A stretch of 64,000 nucleotides of DNA from an uncultured Hormoscilla sp. (GCA_963921275.4 OZ001293.3:2080001-2144000), one strand, 5' to 3'. Positions 30,125 through 42,291 are shown, numbered from the stretch's first letter. A program made the numbers and translations. Notes: generated from the sequence alone by a model not told the origin.

Positions 30125-31528
30125 ATGAAGAATCTGCGAGTTTTACTAATCGGCGGTTATGCAGCAATGCTGGCGTATTGCACCCATCTATTATCTCAAA
30201 ATTTGACTGGCAATTCCCAGGTGGCTAAAGCAGAAGCGACTAACAATTTACAAGTCTCCACGGCCTCTTATCTGGGAGGCCCGGAAGACGATCGGGGAAC
30301 CGCGATCGAAATTGCGTCGGACAAAACAATTGTCTTGAGTGGGAAAATTATTGGCAATGACTTTGGCAAGACTCCTGTAAATTTACTGGGGGGAGGTTCC
30401 GGAATTATTCTGCGGACAAATTCCACGGAGAAAAATATTTTGTCCCTTACCAGAATAGGTGTGATCGTGGACGACCTGGCGATTAACAGCAAGAATGGTA
30501 AAATAGCTGTAGTGGGTGATTTTGGCATCGCCTTATTAGACCCCAAGGCTAAAAATATTCTCTGGCACAAAGAGGTAGTCAAGAAAGGAGGTGCTACTAC
30601 TAGCAATGGCAGGCGCATAGCTGTGGGTAGGGATGGTAAAGTAGTAGCGCTGTTGAAAAAGAATGTAACCGTATTTGCGGAGAATGGTCGAGAAATAGGA
30701 GAATTTAGAGTTCCGGGCAAGTATGTAGAAGATGTCACGATTCACAGTCAGAGTAATTCCGTGTTGGTAACAGGGTATAGTCAGAAGAATAAAGGTGGCT
30801 GTAAGCAATTGCAAGTGGCTTTTATCAGAAGTTACGACTATGCTGGCAATCTTAACTGGACGAATTACGATTGGACTCACCCTCAAGCTTATGCCGGAAA
30901 TCGTTCCTGTGCAGATAGTAGAGGCGATCTCCTCACCATTGGGCGCGACGGAAAACTATATTTTGCCGGGGAAAGTGCTGGGGGAAACAGCATCTACCGC
31001 TATGACCCCAAAGACCTATCGGTAGCAGCACCGAATGTTAAATTTGACCCCTATAATCACGCCTACAATACCGCGTCTAACCACATCACCTACTACGCCA
31101 GATTTAATCCCGTGACGGGTGATATCGAAACAGGACAATTTTTATTATCTCGACTCAATAATGGCAAGGGTAATACCATTAAACCCAGATCCATTACCGC
31201 AGATGAGCAGGGAAATGTCTATATAGGCGGCAGTTCCGCAGCTAAGTTTGCAGGTCGCGATCGCTCACAGATTTCCGGTCAAACCGGTGCTTATGCAGAT
31301 GCTGATAATTTCGTCCTAGCTGTCCCCCCCAATTTTAACTCTAGAACCTTCATGGTGACATGGAACCAAGGCTGCAAAGGCAAAAATCGTGGGTATTGCC
31401 GCAGCTTATGGTCTGCGAGCCATGATTTCTGATACGGCGGGTTGTTCTATGATTACTGTCAACCCAGTCCAACCAAACCCCCAAGGAGGTACAGAAATCA
31501 TTTTCTCCGTCTGGGGCGATCGATAATA
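30125..31528 (+). CDS. Secreted beta-propeller-like hypothetical protein, probable frameshift near 31385
   Basis: Signal-like N-terminus; ASYLGG..DD, ITADEQGNVYIGG blade-like motifs; sensible coding continues in another frame after KG. Confidence 0.55.
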
Positions 31529-31644
31529 ACGAATTTCAATTTGATTCTGTCAGGCGGGAGTAATTTTGGCAGGATTTCCATAGTATTAGAGAAAGTCAAT
31601 AATTGTTAATTGAGGTAATTTTTTTGTAGCAGTAGGGTATTAGA

Positions 31645-32970
31645 ATGAGCAATCATCAATTAGCGATCGACAATATTCAAGTGCCAGAATGTTATAAACA
31701 AACAGAGGTTGGGGTGATTCCTGAAGATTGGGAGGTTACAACACTAGGAGAAATAGGGCAAAGTTTAATTGGGTTGACATATAAACCGGATGATATCCGT
31801 GAATAGGGAACGTTAGTGTTGCGTTCTTCCAATGTTCACAGTGATCGGCTAGCTTACGAAGATAACGTTTATGTAGATAGCTCGTTATCCTTACCCTTAA
31901 GGGTAATTGTAAAAGAAGGCGATATTTTAATCTGTGTTCGCAATGGTAGTCGGCAACTGATCGGAAAATGCGCTATGATAGATTCTGTAGCAGCAAGAAG
32001 CGCATTCGGTGCTTTTGTGTCAGTTTTCAGAACCAATATTTCTAGCTTTGTTTTCTATCAGTTTCAATCTGATGTTATCAAGAAGCAGATTAACGAAATT
32101 ATGGGCGCAACCATTAATCAGATAACCAACAAAGACATGGCGGCGTTCCAAATACCTCTGCCACCTTTAGAAGAAGAACAACGCGCGATCGCCCAAACCC
32201 TATCGGACGTGGATGGCCTGATTACCGCACTGGATCAGGTGATCGCCAAAAAGCGCAACATCAAAACCGCCACCATGCAGGAACTCCTCACCGGCAAGAA
32301 ACGTTTGCCGGGGTTTGGTGAGGGGAAAGGTTATAAAAACACTGAGGTTGGGGTGATTCCTGAAGATTGGGATGTTAAACATCTGAAAAATGCCCTAAAA
32401 ACGACTCCTCAATATGGAATTAATGCCCCTGCTGTCCCATATCGTGATAACTTGCCGGTTTATATCAGAATTACCGACATATCGGAATCTGGTTACTTTA
32501 CACCAGAAAAATTGGTTAGTGTTAACCAAGAAAATTCAGACCAATATTATCTCGAAGAAGGAGATTTGGTTTTTGCCAGAACTGGTAGTGTTGGGGAATC
32601 ATATCTTTATAATCCCGATGACGGCGAACTCGTTTTTGCAGGATTTCTAATTCGCATAAGACCTGACGAAAACATACTATTACCCCATTATTTAGCTCAG
32701 TATGTAAAAACAAAAATCTACTGGGATTGGGTTAAGTTAATGTCTATGCGTACTGTTCAACCTGGGATTAATGGGAATGAGTATGGTCAACTGCTAGTTC
32801 CGTTGCCAGCAATAGAAGAACAACGCGCGATCGCCTCTATTCTCTCAGACATGGATGCGGAAATAGCGGCTTTAGAAAAGCGCCGCGCCAAAACAAAAGC
32901 CATCAAGCAAGGTATGATGGAGCAACTCTTAACCGGAAAAACCAGACTCATCGTTCCAAGCAATGCTTAA
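31645..32970 (+). pseudogene. hsdS: Type I restriction-modification specificity subunit, in-frame TAG at 31804
   Basis: YKQTEVGVIPEDW x2, PLPPLEEEQRAIA, MQELLTGK.RL; ATG at 31645 is in frame with ORF 31816. Confidence 0.88.
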
Positions 32971-33073
32971 TTGCTTATAAGCAGTGCGCATAGCGCTATG
33001 GCGAATTGCTTATACGCAGTGCGCGTAGCGCTATGGCGAATTGCTTATACGCAGTCCGAGTAGCGCTATGGCG
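32969..33073. repeat. 35-bp tandem repeat x3
   Basis: aattgcttata(a/c)gcagtgcgc(a/g)tagcgctatggcg. Confidence 0.8.
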
Positions 33074-33150
33074 ATCGGGCAATCAACGGGTGCATCGGTT
33101 GGGTTTACGCTTCCCGGGCGGGCCAGCGGCCCGCCCTACGCGAATGACAA

Positions 33151-34212
33151 TTAACAATTAACCATTAATAATTCAACAGCGTCGCCCGCATGCCCATGCC
33201 AAGCATAACCGTCGAGAGCCATTTGTTCGATCGAACTCGCCAAGCGCAAAGCTTTAAGGGCCTGTTCGCCGCCGACAGAAGGTTGATTTCCCCCGCACAC
33301 GCAACTGACAAAATGCTCTAACTCAGCGTGCAGCGGTTCAATATTACTGGTGTAGACCTTCTCAATCAAACCATCCTGGCGGTAAAGCACCTGACCGTAT
33401 TCAGTCATGTAATTAGCAGTCGAAAGTCGGTGAATCAAAATCTCATTGTTAAGAAAATCTGCCTCCGTCAAAGAATTCTTACAATGGGCAGCAATGCGGC
33501 GAATCTTGCGATGGGTGACATTGCTGGATATGAGAGTAGCGACAATGCCATTCGCAAAGCCCAAAGTAGCAGTGACATAATCTAAATATCCCGAGTCAGA
33601 GGCCCGACTCCCACTAGCTGTTAATTTGACTACAGGTGCAGCGGCCAACTCTAAAAGCAGATCGATGTCATGGATCATCAGATCCAGAACCACAGACACA
33701 TCGTTGGCCCGATGGGAATAGGGACTCATCCGGTAGGCTTCCAAGGCTAGCAGTTCTTCTGTCTTCAGAACCTGACTGAGTTCTTGAAAAGCTGGGTTAA
33801 AGCGTTCGATGTGACCGACTTGCAAAATGCAGTTGCAATCAGCTGCTGCATTTACCAGAGATTCCGCCTCGGCAATGCTGGCCGCGATCGGCTTTTCGAT
33901 CAATATATGCACCCCAGCTTTCAGACAACTCATGCCCACATCGTAGTGCGATCGCGTAGGAACGGCAATGCAGACCGCGTCCACATGGGGCAGCATCTGG
34001 CGATAATCGGCAAAAAAACGGACTCGATACTTGCTGGCGATGTCTATACCCCGTTCCACATCAATGTCTGAAACACCGATCAGTTCGACATCCTTGAGTA
34101 AACTTAAAACCCGGGTATGGTGCTGTCCCATATTCCCCACTCCAATCACCCCAACTCGGATAGGTTTGGATTGGTGTCGCGGCACCAAAGCGTTCCGATG
34201 TCTCAATGACAT
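33151..34212 (-). CDS. Gfo/Idh/MocA family oxidoreductase
   Basis: IRVGVIGVGNMG, LIEKPIA, VGHIERFNPA, DLMIHDID. Confidence 0.92.
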   Translation of the reverse strand: MSLRHRNALVPRHQSKPIRVGVIGVGNMGQHHTRVLSLLKDVELIGVSDIDVERGIDIASKYRVRFFADYRQMLPHVDAVCIAVPTRSHYDVGMSCLKAGVHILIEKPIAASIAEAESLVNAAADCNCILQVGHIERFNPAFQELSQVLKTEELLALEAYRMSPYSHRANDVSVVLDLMIHDIDLLLELAAAPVVKLTASGSRASDSGYLDYVTATLGFANGIVATLISSNVTHRKIRRIAAHCKNSLTEADFLNNEILIHRLSTANYMTEYGQVLYRQDGLIEKVYTSNIEPLHAELEHFVSCVCGGNQPSVGGEQALKALRLASSIEQMALDGYAWHGHAGDAVELLMVNC

Positions 34213-34649
34213 GATCTGTACCTTCCTGTCTAATTCTCCTCCACCACTCTGGTCCAGGCTGAATCTTTCCGAGATACCTCTGAGGGTACTGCTTTTAGCG
34301 CTCCCGAGAGGCATCGAACCTCAGACTATCCAGATGGTAGCACAGTCCTATTCTTCCGGGCGGGGCGAAAACGGGCTGGCGGGACAAGTCCTACGCAATT
34401 GATGTTGGCAAGCGCTGTGTGCTGGCAATAGGCATGGGGATGATAACCGTGGGTCGTGTCCGTTCGCGTGGCAGCGTGGGCGTGCGCGGCGCTTCGCCTC
34501 CTCTTCCTGTGCCAGTTAAAATAGCGTCAGGTGTCCTCAAAGCAACCCACTCCGATTTTTCTGAGGTTTGTAGTGAGGACTTCCGTCCTCACTACAAACC
34601 TCAGTACAAATCTATGATTGAAGCAAAGGAAAAAAAGGAGAGAGAAAAA

Positions 34650-35582
34650 ATGCTTGCCAAATTTCCCAAGCTTCCGGTCTTAGCGAGTTTATGTTTGTCC
34701 CTGCTACTGATCTCGGCCTGCGATGAGAATAATCCTCCGGCTACATCTAAGATTGTCTTCACTTCCGACCGCGACGGCAACGATGAAATCTATGTGATGA
34801 ACGGCGACGGTTCGGACGTGACCAGACTGACTGATAATCAGGCGATCGATTATGTACCGGTCTGGTCGCCGGACGGAACCAAGATTGCTTTCACCTCCGA
34901 ACGGGATAGCAATAGTGAAATCTACGTAATGAACGCTGATGGTTCCAGTCCTACCAGGCTGACCTACAATCAGGCTAACGATATTTTGCCAGACTGGTCC
35001 CCGGACGGGAGTCAGATAGCCTTCGCCTCTAACCGCCACGGTAACTATGAAATCTACGTGATGAATGCCAATGGTTCCAATCTGATTAGGCTGACCAACA
35101 ATCGGGCCATAGATGGGAGCCCAGCTTGGTCCCCCGACGGGAGACAGATCGCTTTCTATTCTAACCGCGATGGCAACCGGGAAGTCTATGTGATGAATGC
35201 CAACGGTTCCGGTCAGACCAATCTGACTAACAATTCTAAGACCGATGATGGCGTGCCAGCCTGGTTTCCCGATGGGAAGCAGATTGCCTTTATCTCTAGT
35301 AGCAATGGTAACAATGAGATCTACGTGATGAATGCGGATGGGTCCAATCAGATTAATATCACCAAAAATCGCGACCAGGATGGGGTGCCAGCCTGGTCGC
35401 CGGACGGGGGGTGGATTAGCTTCCATTCCGATCGTGATGGTAACTTTGAAATCTATGCCCTCGACGCTGACGGTTCTAGTCTGACCAATCTGACTGACAA
35501 TCCTGCCAAGGATCTCTACCCCGATTGGCAACCCGATCGCTCAATCCCCAGCAGTAAATTGTATCATCAACGAAAGCCATAA
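34650..35582 (+). CDS. TolB-like (PD40 repeat) beta-propeller lipoprotein
   Basis: LLLISAC lipobox; repeats [24 protein letters not shown]. Confidence 0.88.
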   Translation: MLAKFPKLPVLASLCLSLLLISACDENNPPATSKIVFTSDRDGNDEIYVMNGDGSDVTRLTDNQAIDYVPVWSPDGTKIAFTSERDSNSEIYVMNADGSSPTRLTYNQANDILPDWSPDGSQIAFASNRHGNYEIYVMNANGSNLIRLTNNRAIDGSPAWSPDGRQIAFYSNRDGNREVYVMNANGSGQTNLTNNSKTDDGVPAWFPDGKQIAFISSSNGNNEIYVMNADGSNQINITKNRDQDGVPAWSPDGGWISFHSDRDGNFEIYALDADGSSLTNLTDNPAKDLYPDWQPDRSIPSSKLYHQRKP

Positions 35583-35771
35583 AACCAAATACCCAGAAAA
35601 CCCGGTTTCTCAAAGAAACCGGGTTTCTTTTGCGATAGCAGCTTGGCGACATTTCACCTACTGCTGACGAATAAGGGGTATAACCCATAGTAGGATCGGC
35701 TGAAAGCATCAAGCGGACAAATTCTCGTTGCCAGAGTTGGGAACGAAAATTTCAGCTATTAGCTCACAATA

Positions 35772-36698
35772 ATGGCAATAACTTTTGGGAGCCAAAAAAT
35801 GCGTACCAAGAAATTAAAACCCTTTGTGTTGATGGGCTTATGCGTGCTACTGTCGATCTTGACTTGGAGTAGCTTAGATCCGGGAACTGCTCAAACCCCC
35901 ACCCCCACAGAATCTCTGATTGCCTTCAGAACTTTCCGCGACGGCAATCGAGAAATCTATGTGATGAATGCCGATGGGTCCAATCCAAGAAATGTAACAA
36001 AAAATGCAGCTAATGATAACGACCCAGTATGGTCGCCAGATGGGAGTCGCATTGCCTTCTCCTCCGATCCCGATGGCAACCGGGAAGTCTATATAATGAA
36101 TGCCGATGGTTCCAATCAGGCGAGACTGACTGACTTGCCAGAGGGCGCCCGTTCTCCTGCCTGGTCTCCTGATGGCAGGCGAGTGGCTTTTGTGGAGACG
36201 CGCCAGGGAAACGAACAAGTCTGGGCGATCGACGTTGACGGTTCCAACCTGTCCAATCTAACTGGTAATGATGCGAGGAATTTTTCCCCCTCCTGGTCGC
36301 CTGATGGCAGTATGGTTGCTTTCCACTCTAACCTGAACGGAGCTGACACGGAAGTCTATGTGATTAATGCTGACGGTTCTAATCCGATTAATCTGACCAA
36401 CTCTCCAGGTTTTGATGGGGGTCCTAGCTGGTCTCCTGATGGTAACAAGATTGCCTTCCATTCTACGCGGGATGGAGAACCGGATATCTACGTGATGAAC
36501 GCGGATGGTTCCAATCAAACCAGGTTGACTAGTTCTTTAGGGTTGGATCTTTTCCCTAAATGGTCGCCTGATGGCGGTATGATTGCTTTCCACTCTGACC
36601 GCGATCGCAATTTTGAAATCTACGTGATGAATGCGGACGGGTCAAATCAGACCAATATCACCAACAATATCGCTCTGGATCAGTCTCCTGATTGGTAA
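35772..36698 (+). CDS. TolB-like (PD40 repeat) secreted beta-propeller protein
   Basis: Signal peptide; six or more WSPDG repeats; paralog of the upstream gene. Confidence 0.88.
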   Translation: MAITFGSQKMRTKKLKPFVLMGLCVLLSILTWSSLDPGTAQTPTPTESLIAFRTFRDGNREIYVMNADGSNPRNVTKNAANDNDPVWSPDGSRIAFSSDPDGNREVYIMNADGSNQARLTDLPEGARSPAWSPDGRRVAFVETRQGNEQVWAIDVDGSNLSNLTGNDARNFSPSWSPDGSMVAFHSNLNGADTEVYVINADGSNPINLTNSPGFDGGPSWSPDGNKIAFHSTRDGEPDIYVMNADGSNQTRLTSSLGLDLFPKWSPDGGMIAFHSDRDRNFEIYVMNADGSNQTNITNNIALDQSPDW

Positions 36699-36752
36699 AC
36701 GGTGGTTACTTCCGCGCGGTGTAATATTGTGGCGGTAAGGAAAATTGCTCTG

Positions 36753-36980
36753 GTGTCACGAGTGGAAGCAATCTTAGGCTTTTGGTTTGGTCAGCCAGGA
36801 ACCTGTGAGTATGGCAAATCCCGTCAGGTTTGGTTTACAAAAAATGCGATCGTTTGACCGGGAAATTCGCAGCCAGTTTATGTCAGACTACGAATAAGCT
36901 GCGGCTGGGAAGCTGAACCTTTGGCAAGAATCACCTCTCAGTTGTCTGGCGGAGATCGTTATATTGGATCTGTTTTCGGT
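36753..36980 (+). pseudogene. DUF924 family remnant
   Basis: ILGFWFG...RQVWFTK..FDREIRSQF..YE*AAAGKL..WQESPLSCLA.IVILD.FS with stop and frameshift, truncated. Confidence 0.7.
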
Positions 36981-37029
36981 ATACGCGATTCGCCCCGACC
37001 GGGCACATAGGATGTAATCATGAGGGTTT

Positions 37030-37163
37030 GAGGTTCCGCAGCACCGAGAACCGGTGTTACTCCCGTACTTGGGGAGGGGGAATCCAACCCCATGAATGCC
37101 AGTGTTCCTAATTTCTTAGGCTAGCTTTCCGCGTTTGACTAAGTTATGGAAAACGAATCGCAT
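37030..37163 (-). mobile_element. 5' fragment of a related group II intron
   Basis: Minus strand ATGCGATTCGTT...GTCAAACGCGGAAAGCTAG...CATGGGGTTGGATTCCCCCTCCCCAAGTACGGGAGTAACACCGG aligns with the 5' ends of both ORF-less introns. Confidence 0.75.
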
Positions 37164-37864
37164 GTCACCCCTCAGGTCACACCCAGACCGCACTGGTCCT
37201 GGGGAGGGTACTTTTACCTCGACCGGCACCTACTAGCTGCTAACCGATGCCCCACTGTTGGGGTTTAAAACCTCTCTGTTGGGGTTTAAAACGGGTGTAG
37301 TTTTGCGGCCGTTGGCAACCGTTCGCCGTTCCCTGTGAGCCGTTTGCCGTTCCCTGGGAGGGAATTCTCCGTTTTTGTTCCCCGTTCTCCGTTAATAGTT
37401 CTCCACTAAATACAACTACTTTTGACCACACCCGTTCTGTCCTAGGGATAATAGAAAGAATACACAGTCAACCTCACAGAAACGCGACGCAGATCAGAAC
37501 GAGAAGTGGCTCAACTGCGAGAGGCGTTAGCTGAGATAGCACGGACTCAAGCACGTGCTTGGGCTAATGTGAATGGTTCTGTAACTCAGATGAGCAGTTA
37601 CGTTGCACATATAAGCAATTCGGTAGCTCATTTAGCAGAGAATAAAAGAGAAACTCGCACGGAGATGTATTATAGGCTAGTAGACGGATTGGACGGCCGT
37701 CAAGCGGAGATGACGGGGTTATCTATGTGCTTGTGGAAAAAACGGCTGGATATCAAGGCTAGCATCTATTGCAGGATTCGTAGCTTGGCTGTCGCCATAC
37801 AGTAAAATGGCATGGCACGGGCTTAAGCAAAAGAATATTGTCAATTTTGAATTTTGAATTGCTT

Positions 37865-39099
37865 ATGACTTCCCCATTACCGAATCTCCTATTCGGCAGA
37901 CACCAATGTCAGTAGCCGGATTAACCTCCTATATCCAGACATTGCTAGAACAAGATGACCAACTCAGACAAATATGTGTAATAGGTGAAGTATCCAGTGC
38001 CAATCGCCACTCTAGCGGGCTATTCTTTACCCTAGGTGCTCCAGGCGCTAAGACAATAGTTAGTTGCGTGATCTGGAATGGCTATCTCCACCAATTCTTT
38101 AATATGCCGGTAAAAGGAGAACTGATAGTTATTTTAGGCCATATGCGCCTTTATCCCTTTAGGGGACAATATCTGCTATTGGTCGCTCAGGCGTTACCCG
38201 CAGGAGAGGGTTTGCAAGCTTTGCGTTACCGCTAACTGCGCGATCGCCTAGCAGCGGAAGGTTTATTCTACCCCCAAAGAAAGCGGACTCTCCCGCCTCA
38301 TCCCCAAACCATCGCAGTAGTCACCTCACCCCAAGCAGCAGCCTGGGGTGATATCCAACGCACCCTCAGACGCTGCTATCCGGGTTTGCAAGTTTTATTC
38401 TCGCTCGCCCTCATCCAGGGAACCCAAGCCGCTGCAGCCATTGTAGCAGCCATTAAGCGAGTAGAATCCGATGGCAGAGCCGAAGTGCTGATTCTCTCCC
38501 GGGGAAGAGGCGCAGTTGAAGATCTCGCCTGCTTTAATGACGAACGAGTCGTGAAGGCGATCGCCCCATTGTCCCATCCCAGTCATTGCTGGCATTGGTC
38601 ATCAGCGAGACGAGACCCTGGCCGACTTAGCAGCGGATGTTTACGTCTCCACTCCCACCGCCGTCGCCATTCAAGCGGTACCAGAACTTGCTACCTTAGA
38701 AATAGAACATCTCGATAGGACTAACGCCTTAAAAAATGCCGTCAAACATCAGCTAGAACAGCGTCAAAGTAAACTGCAACAGTTCCGTTCCCGACTGCGG
38801 CGCCTACAACTCGATCGACTCTTGCAGCAAGAAACTGAAGCCCTGACCTGGAAGCGTCGGCAGCTTGTACAACTAAGTTACCAGAAAATCCAGCAAGAAA
38901 GCCAACACTGCCAGCACCTGGGGCAAAAACTAGCAACCCTCGACCCACACAACGTGCTGCAAAGAGGTTATGCTGTAGTCAGGCAACCCCCAGCCTGCCC
39001 ACTATTATCCGTTCATCCGCCCGCTTAACAGTTGGCGAGGAATTACAGATTCAGTTAGGTCAAGGTCAGGTTAAAGTCAAAATCACCGAAATCCTTAAC
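37865..39099 (+). pseudogene. xseA: Exodeoxyribonuclease VII large subunit, several stops and frameshifts
   Basis: SVAGLTSYIQ..LE, GEVSS, IAVVTSP.AAAWGDI, RG.G.VEDLACFNDE, GIGHQRD, LDP.NVLQRGYAVV. Confidence 0.88.
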
Positions 39100-39109
39100 T
39101 CAACTACAG

Positions 39110-39370
39110 ATGTCTAAAGATATTCCCCAGGTTCTATCGTCCCAACCCGATGCAATGCAACTCCCTCCAGAATGGAATTCTGAGGCAACAGTTGCTCAAG
39201 TTGAAACAATTATCTCGCAAATCGAAGTAGGTAAGCTAGAATTAGCAGAAGTCTTCGATCGATTTGCCGATGCCATTGAATATCTGCATCAATGCAAGCA
39301 ATTTCTTGCAGAACGACGGCAGCAAATGGATTTACTCATTGAAACCCTAGCAGATGAACCACAATTTTAA
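39110..39370 (+). CDS. xseB: Exodeoxyribonuclease VII small subunit
   Basis: [27 protein letters not shown]; follows xseA. Confidence 0.85.
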   Translation: MSKDIPQVLSSQPDAMQLPPEWNSEATVAQVETIISQIEVGKLELAEVFDRFADAIEYLHQCKQFLAERRQQMDLLIETLADEPQF

Positions 39371-39477
39371 TCCTTTGAAAATTGAGAATTGAAAATTGGG
39401 AATTGAAAGTAAAAAACAGACATCTGACGGGCAGGCGAGACTGAGCCCTACGCATCTGACAACTGGGATTAGCAATT

Positions 39478-40662
39478 CTAGGCTATACTACTACGTTTGC
39501 GAGTTTCTTTGTAAGAAGTTCCCACATTTTTTAAGCCGGCTTTAATCATCTCTTGTTCCAGCAGGGCAAAGAAACGAGCCCGATCGCCCCCCCGCACCAC
39601 CGCCTGATTATGCGCTTCCGCCAAAACTACCGGATAACCATAACCCTTTTGCACCTGCGAGATCGTCAGACTCAAAGCGTTATCCAGCAATGTGGAATTT
39701 TCCGCTACCCAAGCCGGAAAATCAATCCTAGCAATTTCATGACCGACATGAAGATAGCAAAAATAAATTTTCTGGGAACCATAATGATCTAAAATCCGGG
39801 CGGAACTTTGCCACAAACAGCTGCGTTGTCCCGGTTGCAGAAACACCCCCCAGAAAGTGGTATCTCGTAGAGGATTAAAAACCTGGCAAGGCGCTTTGTC
39901 AGCATTGTTATTGCAATTTTTTACACAGTTAGGTTCCGGATAAGGACAACTTTGCAAGCGCAGAAAATTCAGCGCTTCACTACTACGAGAGGAACTCAGA
40001 TAGCCGATGATCGGGATCCCCGCCTCTTGTAGCTGACTCCAAGCATTCAGGATCGGCGGTAGCAGGCGATCGCGTGCCGGAGTTGTCAACTGTTCCAGAA
40101 ACCAGTAAATCAGGGAACTATCCACCATCGCCAAATTGGGGATATGCGATGCCGAAGTTGCTAGCATTGAACCTAATTCAGCAAGCATTACCGCCTCAGA
40201 CACTGTGCGAACATAGCCCATCCACTCTTCGGTTCTAATGCCCCACTGACGAGAAATATAAAGCTCTTCCGGGCGGTAGAACACCTCTGGTAAGCTATCT
40301 AAGAGAGGTTGTCGGTTCTGTCCATAGTACAATAGTACCCTACCGACATTAATCAGATAGCAATAGGCAATTTCATGGTGAGAAGGAGCTATCTGGGAGC
40401 CATCCGTAGCCATTACTGTCTGCACTTCTGGCGGGACATTCACTTCGACGCAAGTATCCAAGGGTTCGACTGGTAAGGCCGCGTTAAATTCCAGGGCCTT
40501 GTGCCAATTCTGATGTTGCTGCTCTAACAAGTCCTGTTCAACGGTGGCTTGCTCCCAGAGTTGATGGGCGATATCTAAGCGTTTGCGACTTGCAGCGGCT
40601 TCCTGAGTAAGGTGCTGACTGATGTTTTGCATTTGCTGCGCTAGTTTCGTTAAATCCAGCAT
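39478..40662 (-). CDS. NurA-domain nuclease family protein
   Basis: ATDGSQ, KGYGYPVVLAEAHNQAVV; note MVDSSL where DGSL is usual. Confidence 0.88.
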   Translation of the reverse strand: MLDLTKLAQQMQNISQHLTQEAAASRKRLDIAHQLWEQATVEQDLLEQQHQNWHKALEFNAALPVEPLDTCVEVNVPPEVQTVMATDGSQIAPSHHEIAYCYLINVGRVLLYYGQNRQPLLDSLPEVFYRPEELYISRQWGIRTEEWMGYVRTVSEAVMLAELGSMLATSASHIPNLAMVDSSLIYWFLEQLTTPARDRLLPPILNAWSQLQEAGIPIIGYLSSSRSSEALNFLRLQSCPYPEPNCVKNCNNNADKAPCQVFNPLRDTTFWGVFLQPGQRSCLWQSSARILDHYGSQKIYFCYLHVGHEIARIDFPAWVAENSTLLDNALSLTISQVQKGYGYPVVLAEAHNQAVVRGGDRARFFALLEQEMIKAGLKNVGTSYKETRKRSSIA

Positions 40663-40788
40663 ATACTGAGCTCTTGCACTTTTGTCAATGGGCTACGCTT
40701 GTTACCAGGGTCGGCCTGGGAATGAGCGACCCGAGGCAGAGCCTTCTTTTTCTAATACAAACTGGTCTCTGATAATTGATAACTGACT

Positions 40789-41571
40789 CTAGGGCCATGC
40801 TGAGAAATCTTGCACGAACTGTTCTAGTGACAGTAGCTGAATGCGCTCCTGATTGCGGACTGATTCTCGTTCCGAGGAGGTATTATAGCCCCAATTCGCT
40901 AGATACAGCCTCACTGGCTCTAGGTCTGGCTGCTGTTGCACCTGTTGTAAGGTCTTCAGCCGGTCTTCTATAAACCAGATGTTCTGGACCGATCTTCTTA
41001 ATTTCCGCAGAGTTTCGTACTTAGGATTTTTGCGGCCTTTGCCGTAAATCTTCCCTTTGGAAAATTCTATTCCTTGTTGCTGCAATAGCTTTCTGACAAA
41101 GCGTTCTTCTTTGGTGGTGATAATTACTGGTTCTACCGGGCTCTCAAGGAGTGATCGCACTCTTTGGACTACTCCCGGATAGAACCGATGGTACTCCAGC
41201 CAGCTTGCTAGATCTGTAGATATCCATTGGTCGCGCTGTTTGTCCAGTAGCTGTCCCAACTCTGCGGTTTGGAGATTTTCTGTCTTCAACAGTTGCTGGG
41301 CGATCGCCAGCCAGCCGAGCAAAATCTCCTCTTCCGGAACACCTTGGAGAATGGCCCGTAGCAGCAAAGGCATTTCCCATCCCGTTTCGATTACTGGTCG
41401 CATGCGATAAAACACCGGCGCTATCTGCTCGGGAGGATCCTGATTAGCTGGCTGCCATATTTGACAATATGTGCGCCAAGTTGTCAGGAAATATTCTTCC
41501 AGCCCGTCACAGAGGACACCGTCAAAATCAAGGGCGAGGATGGTAGAGGCGGTTTTGGGCATGGTTTTCAC
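40789..41571 (-). CDS. HAD-like hydrolase
   Basis: LALDFDGVLCD, IITTKE, FIEDRL, LANWGYN. Confidence 0.88.
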   Translation of the reverse strand: MKTMPKTASTILALDFDGVLCDGLEEYFLTTWRTYCQIWQPANQDPPEQIAPVFYRMRPVIETGWEMPLLLRAILQGVPEEEILLGWLAIAQQLLKTENLQTAELGQLLDKQRDQWISTDLASWLEYHRFYPGVVQRVRSLLESPVEPVIITTKEERFVRKLLQQQGIEFSKGKIYGKGRKNPKYETLRKLRRSVQNIWFIEDRLKTLQQVQQQPDLEPVRLYLANWGYNTSSERESVRNQERIQLLSLEQFVQDFSAWP

Positions 41572-41607
41572 ATTGCTACTGGATCGTTATGGTATCCGGA
41601 GGACCGT

Positions 41608-41919
41608 GCCGGCCTTTACCTGTTCAACTGGGGTGCTAGGATTCGAACCTAGGAATGGCGGGACCAAATCCCGCTGCCTTACCGCGCCAGCCTTTACCTG
41701 TTCAACTGGGGTGCTAGGATTCGAACCTAGGTATGGCGGGACCAAATCCCGTTGCCTTACCGCGCCAGCCTTTACCTGTTCAACTGGGGTGCTAGGATTC
41801 GAACCTAGGTATGGCGGGACCAAATCCCGTTGCCTTACCGCGCCAGCCTTTACCTGTTCAACTGGGGTGCTAGGATTCGAACCTAGGTATGGCGGGACCA
41901 AAACCCGCTGCCTTACCGC
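41608..41919 (-). repeat. 78-bp tandem repeat (4 units): 3' 58 nt of tRNA-Gln plus 20 nt of downstream flank
   Basis: ctggggtgctaggattcgaacc starts at 41628, 41706, 41784 and 41862. Confidence 0.93.
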
Positions 41920-41933
41920 TTGGCTACACCCCA
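41862..41933 (-). tRNA. trnQ: tRNA-Gln(UUG)
   Basis: TGGGGTGTAGCCAAGCGGTAAGGCAGCGGGTTTTGGTCCCGCCATACCTAGGTTCGAATCCTAGCACCCCAG; cloverleaf, TTG anticodon. Confidence 0.95.
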
Positions 41934-42291
41934 ATTCGCTTCTTTTGATATCATAACCTTAAGAGCCTGGTAATTGTCAAGTCTAATTTCCATTTTTTTT
42001 GAAAAAATTTTTCCGACATCTGCCAAACCCTTACCCTATGGGCGTTATAGAGAATTTGTTTTTTTGTTTACCTCCGGGGCATCTGTCCTTTTCGGCGGTG
42101 GCCTAGATCGACCAGAGCGTTGGTACGGTACTCTTGACTCGCACTTGCGAGCGTTGACTAACCCGGCCTTGAACAAGTATAAACTGTCGAAGCCATTGGT
42201 TATGGGTCAACAGCGCTTACCTGGCTGCCCCATCCTAGCCCGCAAATCTGAGATCCACTTTCCCATTTACACTTGTTCAAAAGGGCCAGCA

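Noticed and set aside
34704..35531. Long antisense ORFs (also 10752-11303, 27319-28002, 43209-43970, 55790-56440)
   Set aside because: Shadows of well-supported genes on the opposite strand
34650..36698. Tandem TolB-like genes as a Tol-Pal or novel system
   Set aside because: No TolB N-terminal domain or tol/pal neighbours; PD40 propeller paralogs are common
41587..41956. ORFs with 26-aa repeats (both strands) or a CRISPR-like array
   Set aside because: These are translations of the 78-bp tRNA-derived repeat; no spacers
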